Source of the DNA: Elusimicrobiota bacterium
Lineage (GTDB): Bacteria > Elusimicrobiota > Elusimicrobia > UBA1565
Direction of reading: 5' to 3'
Assembly: GCA_043827405.1 (NCBI GenBank)
Contig: JBDRPD010000088.1
Coordinates: 1 to 41,601, forward strand
DNA: 41,601 nucleotides
The translations under genes and the position numbers were made by a program. Shown piece after piece: positions 28,125 to 35,535 of this stretch; the stretch's first letter is position 1, and each line of letters begins with the position of its first letter. The notes below the pieces were generated by a model. It was not told where the DNA came from, ran no database searches, and saw only the letters and a program-made list of their open reading frames with translations.

Positions 28125-28971
28125 GCAGCGCGCGCAGCGCTCTGTAGAGCAGATGCGGCGGGCGAAAAAAAAGATATAGAAGCGGATATTCGGTCATATA
28201 CCGGCGGCGCAGAAAATCCCGCTCCGGAAACAGCCAGCGGCCGACGGCATGCAGGCGGTTGGGCGCGGTCCACAGCCGGAGCAGGTGGCCCAGCCCGGTA
28301 TTCGCCCCATGAGAGAGGGCGGAAAGGAAAAGCCGCTCTTCGATTCCCCCCGCCGCCGGCAGCGCGCTCGCCAGTTCCGGCGGCGTCTTGAGTTTCAGCG
28401 CTCTTAGACTGGCGGTGAAGGCCGCGCCCAGGCGGGCACGGCGCAGACGGCGGGCGACCGCCGCATAGTCCAGCGGCAAATCCAACAGCCGGCGCAGGTC
28501 TTCCTTGTCCGACGCATCCCAGGCGGCATGATGCACCGCGCAATGTGCCACCACATGGATTAGGTGGTCCTCCCAACTGGGGCTGCGGAAGCTCGACCCA
28601 TCCTCTTCGACGGTCAAGGCGCGGCGCCAGAGTGCTTCCACCCCCGATTTATCCAAGTACCAGATTCCCGACTCAACATCCAGCTCGGTCCGCCCGCGGC
28701 GCATAGCATGCGGATCGTCCGGCTTGGGCGCATAGCCGAGTTCCGCCAACAGCCGGCGGGCCTTGTACGCGTCGGGAGGACGGATCAATAGGTCAATATC
28801 TTCCATCGCCCGCATATCGGGACGCGGGTAGAGCTCGCGGGCGAAGACAATGCCCTTGAGGGCTAGAAATGGAATAGCTGCGGCATCAAACGCATGCGCC
28901 GCCTCTTCGAAGTCTTTGAACAAGAGCAGGTTGGCGGAGAGAACAGGCTTATTCAGCGGTGGAAGAGTCAT
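28036..28971 (-). CDS. Nucleotidyltransferase family protein (NTP_transf_5 type)
   Basis: LALKG....ELYP....R.MEDIDLLI signature; last gene of the kinase/PqqD/rSAM operon. Confidence 0.85.
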   Translation of the reverse strand: MTLPPLNKPVLSANLLLFKDFEEAAHAFDAAAIPFLALKGIVFARELYPRPDMRAMEDIDLLIRPPDAYKARRLLAELGYAPKPDDPHAMRRGRTELDVESGIWYLDKSGVEALWRRALTVEEDGSSFRSPSWEDHLIHVVAHCAVHHAAWDASDKEDLRRLLDLPLDYAAVARRLRRARLGAAFTASLRALKLKTPPELASALPAAGGIEERLFLSALSHGANTGLGHLLRLWTAPNRLHAVGRWLFPERDFLRRRYMTEYPLLYLFFRPPHLLYRALRALLSNGSDWICDERNRAPRAEPPAPAASRIR

Positions 28972-29314
28972 GGCTTCGGTTTCCAAACAGCGGCCGCAGG
29001 CAGGCGAAGATCGTGCTGGCCGTCAGACCGTAGAGCAGGCCGGAGAGGCCGCAGGAGAGCGGACATCCGGACTTAAGCCGTCCGACTACGCATGCAGGCT
29101 CAATCTTGTGCCAGCCGATAGTCGCCGCATCGTCGAAGACCCATAGCCCGCCGCGGCCGGCACGGGCGAAGCGATGCAGCAGCAGCTTCCCGCCGACGCG
29201 GTACGCGACGATATCTCCGGGATGCAGGGCGGACGCCGGGATCTCATGGACCTCGGCGGTATCCCCCGCCTGCAGATATGGGCGCATGCTGCCGCCGGTC
29301 AAGGTCACTCTCAT
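28949..29314 (-). CDS. S24/S26-family (signal-peptidase-like) peptidase, putative leader peptidase
   Basis: GGSMRPYLQAGD (catalytic Ser box), PGDIVAY, LLHR (His-type general base), VVGRL. Confidence 0.75.
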   Translation of the reverse strand: MRVTLTGGSMRPYLQAGDTAEVHEIPASALHPGDIVAYRVGGKLLLHRFARAGRGGLWVFDDAATIGWHKIEPACVVGRLKSGCPLSCGLSGLLYGLTASTIFACLRPLFGNRSHDSSTAE

Positions 29315-29330
29315 GGGCGCGTCCGGACTT

Positions 29331-29489
29331 CTAGGATTTCTTGCGCAGACTGCGGCAGCTGGGTGAGCCCACACCCGTAGGAGAATTGGTTAGGCACTTG
29401 CCGCAGGCGAGCGCCGCGCTTTCCAGAATTTTCTCCGACTTGATGGAGGGTTTCTTATAGGGTTTCTTTTTCTTCTTGTCAGCCATCAT
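29331..29489 (-). CDS. Putative RiPP precursor peptide (52 aa)
   Basis: MMADKKKKKPYKKPSIKSEKILESAALACGKCLTNSPTGVGSPSCRSLRKKS. GGAG upstream, start overlaps the rSAM stop, YxxPxI leader motif, Cys/Ser/Thr-rich core. Confidence 0.78.
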   Translation of the reverse strand: MMADKKKKKPYKKPSIKSEKILESAALACGKCLTNSPTGVGSPSCRSLRKKS

Positions 29490-30567
29490 CGCTCTCCGCT
29501 GCGCCCAGTGCGGCGCGGACGCTGTCCTGCACGCGCATATCATAGTCGGCCGGCTGCAGGGCGTCGCCGCTTTCCAAGTATGCCAGGCCGGGGCAGTTAT
29601 TGCAATAGGCCGCTGAGCCTGTGGTCTGCTTCCTATGCTTGAGTTCGCGAATCTCCCGCAGGACAGAAGAGCCGTGCCAGATATCCTTGAACGCTTCGCC
29701 GCGTATATTACCGCACTTTACCGGCCACTGCAGGCAGGGGTTCACTTCCCCATAAGGATCGATGGCGCCCGAGTTTCGGCCCGCGCTGCATAGGTAGTCT
29801 TCGTACTCGCCGCTTTGGAACTCTTCGACCGCCGCCAGGTTGTCCCGCGTCGTGATGCGCGGATCGGCGAAGATCTCGTCGAGCTCGGCCGCGGGAAGCC
29901 GGTGCTCCAGGTTGTTCTTTTTGCCGCTGTTGCGCGGCGTCAAAGTGGGATCGAACAGGCACCGCGCTCCGAGCTCCTGCGCGAAATCCTGCAGCCAATG
30001 CCGGTCGACGGCGTTGAGCGTCATCAGCGGCACCTTGATCGCTACCCGCGTTCCAGCGGCCCGCAAAACTTTGATGCCGCGTACCGACCGGTCAAAGGCT
30101 CGCGCACAGCGGGTTACCGCGGCATGCGTCTGCTTCCTGCCGTAGAGGCTGACATCGACGCGATCGATTCCCATCGCCGCCAGCTCGCCGGCAATTTCCT
30201 CATTGACATGCATCGCGGTGGTGAATATCCGCACATTGAAGGCGAGCTCGCGGGCATAATGCGCGATCTCCAGAGTGTCCGGCCGCAGAAAGACTTCCCC
30301 CCCGGTCAGGGCCAGGTACATGCAGCCCGCGTCGGCGAGCTGTTTGAGGACGCCCTTCCACTCCTTGGCGGTGAGCTCTTCTTTCCGCATCCGGCGCAGC
30401 TCGTCCGCATCGCCGGGCTCCTGGGTTTCGTCGAGATAGCAGTGAACGCAGCGCAGGTGACAGCGCCGCGTCAGCTCCAATATCATGGCCAGCGGCACGA
30501 AGTTCTCGTCGGAGAGCTTGAACAGCTGCCAGGCGGGCGAGAGCTTATCGATGTTCTTAGCCATCAT
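29479..30567 (-). CDS. Radical SAM enzyme with SPASM/Twitch domain (peptide-modifying type)
   Basis: ELTRRCHLRCVHCY (CxxxCxxC), LTGGEVFLRPD, VSLYG, CSAG...IDPYGEVNPC...GNI...F.DIW, CNNCPG. Confidence 0.92.
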   Translation of the reverse strand: MMAKNIDKLSPAWQLFKLSDENFVPLAMILELTRRCHLRCVHCYLDETQEPGDADELRRMRKEELTAKEWKGVLKQLADAGCMYLALTGGEVFLRPDTLEIAHYARELAFNVRIFTTAMHVNEEIAGELAAMGIDRVDVSLYGRKQTHAAVTRCARAFDRSVRGIKVLRAAGTRVAIKVPLMTLNAVDRHWLQDFAQELGARCLFDPTLTPRNSGKKNNLEHRLPAAELDEIFADPRITTRDNLAAVEEFQSGEYEDYLCSAGRNSGAIDPYGEVNPCLQWPVKCGNIRGEAFKDIWHGSSVLREIRELKHRKQTTGSAAYCNNCPGLAYLESGDALQPADYDMRVQDSVRAALGAAESDDG

Positions 30568-30814
30568 CCGCCAGCAGGTTTTTGCCGCGCAGTTCCTTAA
30601 TAAAGGCGCGCATGTCCCGCTCCGCCTGTGCCGGCGCGACGTCGAATTCCGCCGCCAGGGCATGCGCGATCTCGGCGTCGTCCGCGCCGGCGCACAGCTT
30701 CTTCCAGATGAAGGTCCCCGTCTCGCTGAGGCTGTGCAAGGTGCTGCTGCGGGGGTCCATCACGAAAACTCTTCCTTCTATGAGTCGATGCGCTAATTTG
30801 GGATCAGGTTTCAT
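30557..30814 (-). CDS. PqqD family / RiPP recognition element (RRE) protein
   Basis: 85 aa; LHSLSETGTFIW...EIAHALAAEFDVAPAQAERDMRAFIKEL...LL. Confidence 0.9.
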   Translation of the reverse strand: MKPDPKLAHRLIEGRVFVMDPRSSTLHSLSETGTFIWKKLCAGADDAEIAHALAAEFDVAPAQAERDMRAFIKELRGKNLLADDG

Positions 30815-31629
30815 TTGCCGAGCACCTCCCGCAGTCGCGGCCAAAGTGAGGTTTTCTTGTTAAACGAGAAGCGGTACGCCGGAGCTTTCTTGACCAAATC
30901 CAGGATGACCGTCCAGGCCCGGGCGAGATCGCGGTCACTCTGGCCGGGAAACCAAAGCAGGCACTTGAGCGCCTCGCGCTGGGCATCGGCGGCCGACAGC
31001 GGCCGCATCGCGTCGGTTCCCTTGCGTCCCAGAAAGCATAGCCCCATGATACGTCCGCTGACGCGCCGCGACGGCTTGCGGCCATTGCCCCAGAAGGGTG
31101 TGGAGAAGGCATCAAACCCGTTGCGGCGGCGACGGATGCCGATGAGCTCGTCGCCCAGCGTCCGCCGTCCGAGCCGGCGGCCCAAGGTCGTCTTGCCGGC
31201 GCCCGATTTGCCGGGAAATACCAGCGCCTTGCCGCTGTTCGCGACCGCGGCCGCGTGCAGAAACAGGCAGCTCGGCCGACGCGCCGCCAGCAGGCCGGCA
31301 TAGATTACGCGCAGGGCGGCATCAAAGGAGTAGACATTGGGCCAGATGCGCAGTATGCCGAGGCGCGATTTACGCATGAGCAGCAGCTGCGCGTCGCCGC
31401 GATGGAAACGGAAGGATTTATTATTGGATTTTATCGTCGGCCGAAACGGTTGTACCTGGCGGTCTGCCGCCGGCCTTGTCGTCTCCACTTTGATCATATA
31501 ATGCGGCTTGCGCTTTGCCAAAAAAAGCCGATAACGTGTCCGCAGCGTTTCCCGCAGCTGTTTGCCGTCGACCTGGAAGCCCAGCCGAAGGCCGCATAAT
31601 TCCGTCGTAAATATATGGGTTTTATTCAT
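30811..31629 (-). CDS. HprK-related P-loop kinase (similar to ScmC-type and lasso-cluster kinases)
   Basis: FLHAAAV....ALVFPGKSGAGKTTL...LGDE...STPFWG. Confidence 0.82.
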   Translation of the reverse strand: MNKTHIFTTELCGLRLGFQVDGKQLRETLRTRYRLFLAKRKPHYMIKVETTRPAADRQVQPFRPTIKSNNKSFRFHRGDAQLLLMRKSRLGILRIWPNVYSFDAALRVIYAGLLAARRPSCLFLHAAAVANSGKALVFPGKSGAGKTTLGRRLGRRTLGDELIGIRRRRNGFDAFSTPFWGNGRKPSRRVSGRIMGLCFLGRKGTDAMRPLSAADAQREALKCLLWFPGQSDRDLARAWTVILDLVKKAPAYRFSFNKKTSLWPRLREVLGK

Positions 31630-31690
31630 CCTTCCGCGCGCCGTTACTTTAGTTTATCAAGTTGCGGTATCTCTTTGTATAATGCTGGAG

Positions 31691-34402
31691 ATGCCGCGAC
31701 CGCGTTTTTTCGCTCTTTCCTCTATAAGTGGTGCCGCCTGCCTGATTATTACCTTGGCTCTGAGCGCCGGGGCTCAGATCAATAACCTCACCCGCTTGAG
31801 CGCTCTGTCCATCCAGTCGGAGGCGAACTCCCGTGCCGTGGTGATAGACCCCGTCGCCGGCTTCGCTTATGTGGGAACTTATATGTCGCCGGCCCAGGTG
31901 GTAAAGGTCAAGCTCAGCGACTTCTCGCGCGTCGGCGTCATTACTCTGGAGGCGGGCGAGGACTCCATCTACTCGGCCGTTATCGACACCGCCAATGCCT
32001 GCGCCTATTTCGGTACCGACACCGCGCCGGGCAAGATCATCAAAATCAATCTGACTGATTTTACCCGCGCCGGCGCCTTGACCTTAATCGGCGGCGAAAA
32101 TCAGCTGCGCACGGCGGCTGTCGACGCCGGCGCCGGCTTCGCCTATTTCGGCACCGCCACCTCGCCGGGCAAGGCGGTGAAGATAAACCTGAGCAACTTT
32201 ACCCGCGTCGGTGCCGTGACCTTCGCGGCCGGCGAGAATCAGCCGCTTACGGTCAGCATCGACTCCAGCACCGCCTATGCCTACTTCGGCACCAATACCT
32301 CGCCGGGCCGGGTGGTCAAGGTCGATCTCGGCACCTTTACGCGCGACGACGCCCTCACCCTCAACTCCGGCGAGAATACGGTCGAGTCGCTGCTCATCGA
32401 TCCGACCACCGACTTCCTCTATGCCGGCGCCAATATGGACTCCTCCACCGGCGTCGTCGTCAAGATCGACCGCGGCGACTTCTCCCGCGTCAGCACTTTG
32501 ACCTTCAATGCCGGCGAGGGACCGATCGCCTCGGCGCTGATGGATCACTCCGGCGGCTTCGCCTACTTCGCCACCGACGAGTCGCCCGGCGGCGTGACCA
32601 AGGTCCAGCTCAGCGACTTTACCCGCGTCAGCAGCGTCACCTTCGCCGCCGGAGAGAACGACCTCCAGGCGGCGGCGCTCGACGCCGCCGGCGGCTTCGC
32701 CTATTTCGTGACCAATACCATGCCGAGCCGCGTGGTCAAGGTCCAGCTCAGCGACTTTACGCGCAGCGGCGCGCTGGCGCTGCATGGCGGCGGTCTGCCC
32801 AAGACGGCGGTGATCGATCCCTCCGGAGGCTTCCTGTACTACGGCACCGAGACATCTCCCGGCAGCGTGGTCAAGGTACGCCTGAGCGACTTCAGCCGCA
32901 TCACGACCTTGACCCTGGGAGACGATGAGGTCGAGCTCAAGGCATCGGTGATCGACCCCGAAAACGGCTTCGCCTACTTTACCGCCAATACCGCGCCCGG
33001 CGAAGTGGTCAAGGTCCAGCTCAGCGACATGACGCGGATCAGCTCGGTGACCTTCAATGCCGGGGAAGACGAGCCGCAGGTCGGGGTGATCGACACGGCC
33101 AACGGCTTCGCTTATTTCGCCGCCGATACCTCGCCGGCGCAGATCGTCAAGGTGCAGCTCAGCAACTTTACCCGCGTCGGCGTCCTGACTTTGAACGCGG
33201 GCGAGAACGAGCCGCGCTCGGCGCTGATTGACGCCGCCGCCGGCTTCGCCTATTTCGGTATGAATACCACGCCGGGCATTGTGGTCAAGGTCAAGCTCAG
33301 CGATTTTACCCGCAGCTCGGCGCTGACCTTGAACGCCGGCGAAAATGAGCTCACTTCCGCCGTTCTGGATACGGCCAACGGCTTCGCCTACTTCGGCGCC
33401 AATACCTCGCCGGGCAAGGTGGTCAAGGTCAAGCTCAGCGACTTTACCCGCGTCGGCGCCGAGACCTTGCTTGCCGGCGAGGACTACCTCGTCACCGCCG
33501 TTCCCGTCCCCGCCAACGGCTCCGCTTACTTCGGAACCAATACCTCGCCGGGGAAGGTGGTCAAGGTCGACCTGAGCGATTTTACCCGCGACGGGGTCCT
33601 CGCCATGAACACCGGCGAGAACCAGCCGGCCTCGGTCCTCTACGATGCGGTTCTCGGCAACGCCTTCTTCGGCGTCAGCCCCAACGACGTGGTCAAGGTC
33701 AATCTGTTCGACGCCGCGCAGTCCGTGAGCGCGGCAGGCGGGACCTTGGCTTTCGATCAGCCGGCTGGACGGGTGCAGCTGGTCCTGCCGACGGGCGCTT
33801 TCAGCGGCAGCGTCGCCATTACTTTGGGCACGCCCACATCTTTCCCCGGCGGCGGCACGGCGGCGGGCGCGGCGCTGACCGGCACCGGCGTCGGCGTCCA
33901 GGTCACCGTGGCGGGCGGCGCCCAGCCGCAGAAAGCCGCCAGCATCAGCGTCGCCTACCGGGACGCCGATGTGGCCGGCCTCGACGAGAGCAAGCTGGTG
34001 CTGGCCCGCTACCATCCCGGCCGCGGCGTCTGGGTGCCTTTGGTCTCGCTGCCCAATCCGGCGGGCAATACCGTAACCGGCTTTACCGATCACTTCTCAA
34101 TATTTCAAGTCATGCAGGCGGGCGCCTCCGACTCGCTGGAGAAGGTGAAGGTCTTCCCCAACCCCATGCGGCCGGTGCGCGGCCACCGGACCATGACCTT
34201 CGCCAATTTGCCGTCCAATGCCCGGCTGCGGATCTACAGCAAGCTCGGCGAGCTGATCAAGGACCTCGCGGCCAATGCCGCCGGCATGGCGCTGTGGGAC
34301 GGCACCAATCAGGCCGGCGCCGAGGTCGCCTCCGGCGTCTACTTCGTGCTGGCCCAGAGCGGCGGCGACAGCCATACCTTCAAGGTCGCGGTGCAGCGGT
34401 GA
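31691..34402 (+). CDS. Secreted repeat protein (14 x 46-aa beta-propeller-like repeats) with a C-terminal FlgD/T9SS-like sorting domain
   Basis: Signal peptide ending LALSAGA-Q; repeats like GFAYFGTNTSPGKVVKVxLSDFTR; C-terminus VKVFPNP...IYSKLGELIK...WDGTN..G..VASGVYF. Start is ATG 31682 or 31691. Confidence 0.85.
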   Translation: MPRPRFFALSSISGAACLIITLALSAGAQINNLTRLSALSIQSEANSRAVVIDPVAGFAYVGTYMSPAQVVKVKLSDFSRVGVITLEAGEDSIYSAVIDTANACAYFGTDTAPGKIIKINLTDFTRAGALTLIGGENQLRTAAVDAGAGFAYFGTATSPGKAVKINLSNFTRVGAVTFAAGENQPLTVSIDSSTAYAYFGTNTSPGRVVKVDLGTFTRDDALTLNSGENTVESLLIDPTTDFLYAGANMDSSTGVVVKIDRGDFSRVSTLTFNAGEGPIASALMDHSGGFAYFATDESPGGVTKVQLSDFTRVSSVTFAAGENDLQAAALDAAGGFAYFVTNTMPSRVVKVQLSDFTRSGALALHGGGLPKTAVIDPSGGFLYYGTETSPGSVVKVRLSDFSRITTLTLGDDEVELKASVIDPENGFAYFTANTAPGEVVKVQLSDMTRISSVTFNAGEDEPQVGVIDTANGFAYFAADTSPAQIVKVQLSNFTRVGVLTLNAGENEPRSALIDAAAGFAYFGMNTTPGIVVKVKLSDFTRSSALTLNAGENELTSAVLDTANGFAYFGANTSPGKVVKVKLSDFTRVGAETLLAGEDYLVTAVPVPANGSAYFGTNTSPGKVVKVDLSDFTRDGVLAMNTGENQPASVLYDAVLGNAFFGVSPNDVVKVNLFDAAQSVSAAGGTLAFDQPAGRVQLVLPTGAFSGSVAITLGTPTSFPGGGTAAGAALTGTGVGVQVTVAGGAQPQKAASISVAYRDADVAGLDESKLVLARYHPGRGVWVPLVSLPNPAGNTVTGFTDHFSIFQVMQAGASDSLEKVKVFPNPMRPVRGHRTMTFANLPSNARLRIYSKLGELIKDLAANAAGMALWDGTNQAGAEVASGVYFVLAQSGGDSHTFKVAVQR
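31829..33709 (+). repeat. Intragenic tandem repeats, about 138 bp (46 aa) x 14
   Basis: Recurring ggcttcgcctatttcgg / gtggtcaaggtc...ctcagcgactttacccgc at about 138-bp spacing, in frame. Confidence 0.9.
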
Positions 34403-35352
34403 GCCGTCCCGCGCTCGCGCTTGCCGTCATGCTGCTGGCCGCCGGGACGGCACGCGCCGTCGGCTTCGGCTCGTCGGCCAAGGGAACCGCGGCCGCCGAC
34501 TTCCTGCAGCTCGGCGCCGGCGCCCGCGCCGCGGCCATGGGCGAGGCCTATACCGCGGTCGCCGACGAGACCACCGCGCTCTACTGGAACCCCGCGGCCA
34601 TGACCCGGCTGGAAGGGCGCTCCGCCGTCTTCATGCATGCGCCGTATGTGGATTCGAGCCACTTCGACTACCTGGCCTATGCCCAGCGGCTCGGCGAGCG
34701 CGACGCCTGGGGCGCGAGCCTGCAGTACTTCTCCGCCGGCGGCATCGCCGAGACCGACGAAACGGGAACCGAGATCGGCACCTTCAGCCCGCGCGATTTC
34801 GCCTTCAGCGCCGGCTATGCCTACCGCGTCGAAGAGGGGCTGCTGCCGGCTTTTCTCAACGGCTATTCCTTCGGCTTGTCCTTGAAATACGTGCGCGCCG
34901 CCGTCCGCACCGCGGCCAATACCGCCGCCGCCGACCTGGGACTGCTCTCGCCCGCCTACCTGGACGGACGCCTGCGCGCGGCGTTTACGATCACCAATAT
35001 GGGCGGCGACCTGAAGTTCGAGGAGAAGTATGAAGATCTCCCCCTGGCCTTCAGGTTCGGCGGCGCCTTGCAGATAAGCGAGCGTTGGAATGCGGGGCTC
35101 GATTTCGGCCTGCCGAAGAACAATGGACCATATGCCGCCTTGGGAACGGAGTATATTCTGCCCGTCGCTAAATCCATAAATCTCGCCGGACGCGCCGGCA
35201 TCAACAGCCGCACTATCGGCGATGTCGACGGATTTACCGGTTTTTCCATGGGCTTCGGCCTGCTGCATGACAGGTACGGTTTCGACTACGCTTTTGTCCC
35301 TTTCGGCTCGCTAAGCCTGACCCATCGCATCTCGATTTCCTGCCGTTTCTAA
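34399..35352 (+). CDS. PorV/PorQ-like (UPF0164) outer-membrane beta-barrel protein
   Basis: Signal peptide, FLQLGAGARAAAMGEAYTAVADE.TALYWNPA motif, amphipathic beta strands, DYAFVPFG.L..THRIS and terminal Phe. GTGA overlap with the upstream gene. Confidence 0.85.
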   Translation: MSRPALALAVMLLAAGTARAVGFGSSAKGTAAADFLQLGAGARAAAMGEAYTAVADETTALYWNPAAMTRLEGRSAVFMHAPYVDSSHFDYLAYAQRLGERDAWGASLQYFSAGGIAETDETGTEIGTFSPRDFAFSAGYAYRVEEGLLPAFLNGYSFGLSLKYVRAAVRTAANTAAADLGLLSPAYLDGRLRAAFTITNMGGDLKFEEKYEDLPLAFRFGGALQISERWNAGLDFGLPKNNGPYAALGTEYILPVAKSINLAGRAGINSRTIGDVDGFTGFSMGFGLLHDRYGFDYAFVPFGSLSLTHRISISCRF

Positions 35353-35412
35353 TTTAAGCAAAAGTACGACTTAATGCTTTAAAATACAGCATAAGTTTTA
35401 GTTGATTAGGCC

Positions 35413-35440
35413 TTGACATCAGCGATACCAATGCTATACT
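35413..35440 (+). promoter_or_regulatory. Sigma70-type promoter
   Basis: TTGACA (35413-18), 16-bp spacer ending TGC, TATACT (35435-40); extended -10. Confidence 0.7.
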
Positions 35441-35507
35441 AACTTTGTCATATGTTTGATACCGATTTCCGCCGAGAAGTCGTTTTTTTTGACTTTCCAA
35501 TAGACAT

Positions 35508-35535
35508 AAGAGGTCCATTGCGGACCTCTTTTTTT
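35508..35535 (+). terminator. Intrinsic terminator hairpin in the leader of the Rrf2 gene
   Basis: AAGAGGTCC-ATTGC-GGACCTCTT followed by a further T run (T7 after the GC-rich stem). Confidence 0.75.

Noticed and set aside
29400..29420. Lipoprotein lipobox at ALA-C of the small peptide
   Set aside because: No hydrophobic h-region precedes the Cys; the leader is highly charged.
29331..29489. Lasso peptide precursor (YxxP leader, kinase, RRE and an AsnB homologue in the window)
   Set aside because: The core has no Asp/Glu for a macrolactam and there is no Thr at -2 or transglutaminase-like B2 protease. The AsnB is 25 kb away, keeps its glutaminase Cys and is fused to a GT4.
29479..30814. PQQ biosynthesis (pqqD/pqqE)
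   Set aside because: No pqqB or pqqC, and the peptide lacks the ExxxY motif of PqqA.
31829..33709. CRISPR array or non-coding tandem repeat
   Set aside because: The repeats are degenerate, about 138 bp, in frame and protein-coding, with no identical repeat/unique spacer pattern and no cas genes.
32084..34093. 669-aa minus-strand ORF
   Set aside because: Antisense shadow of the high-GC3 repeat gene; no recognisable motifs.
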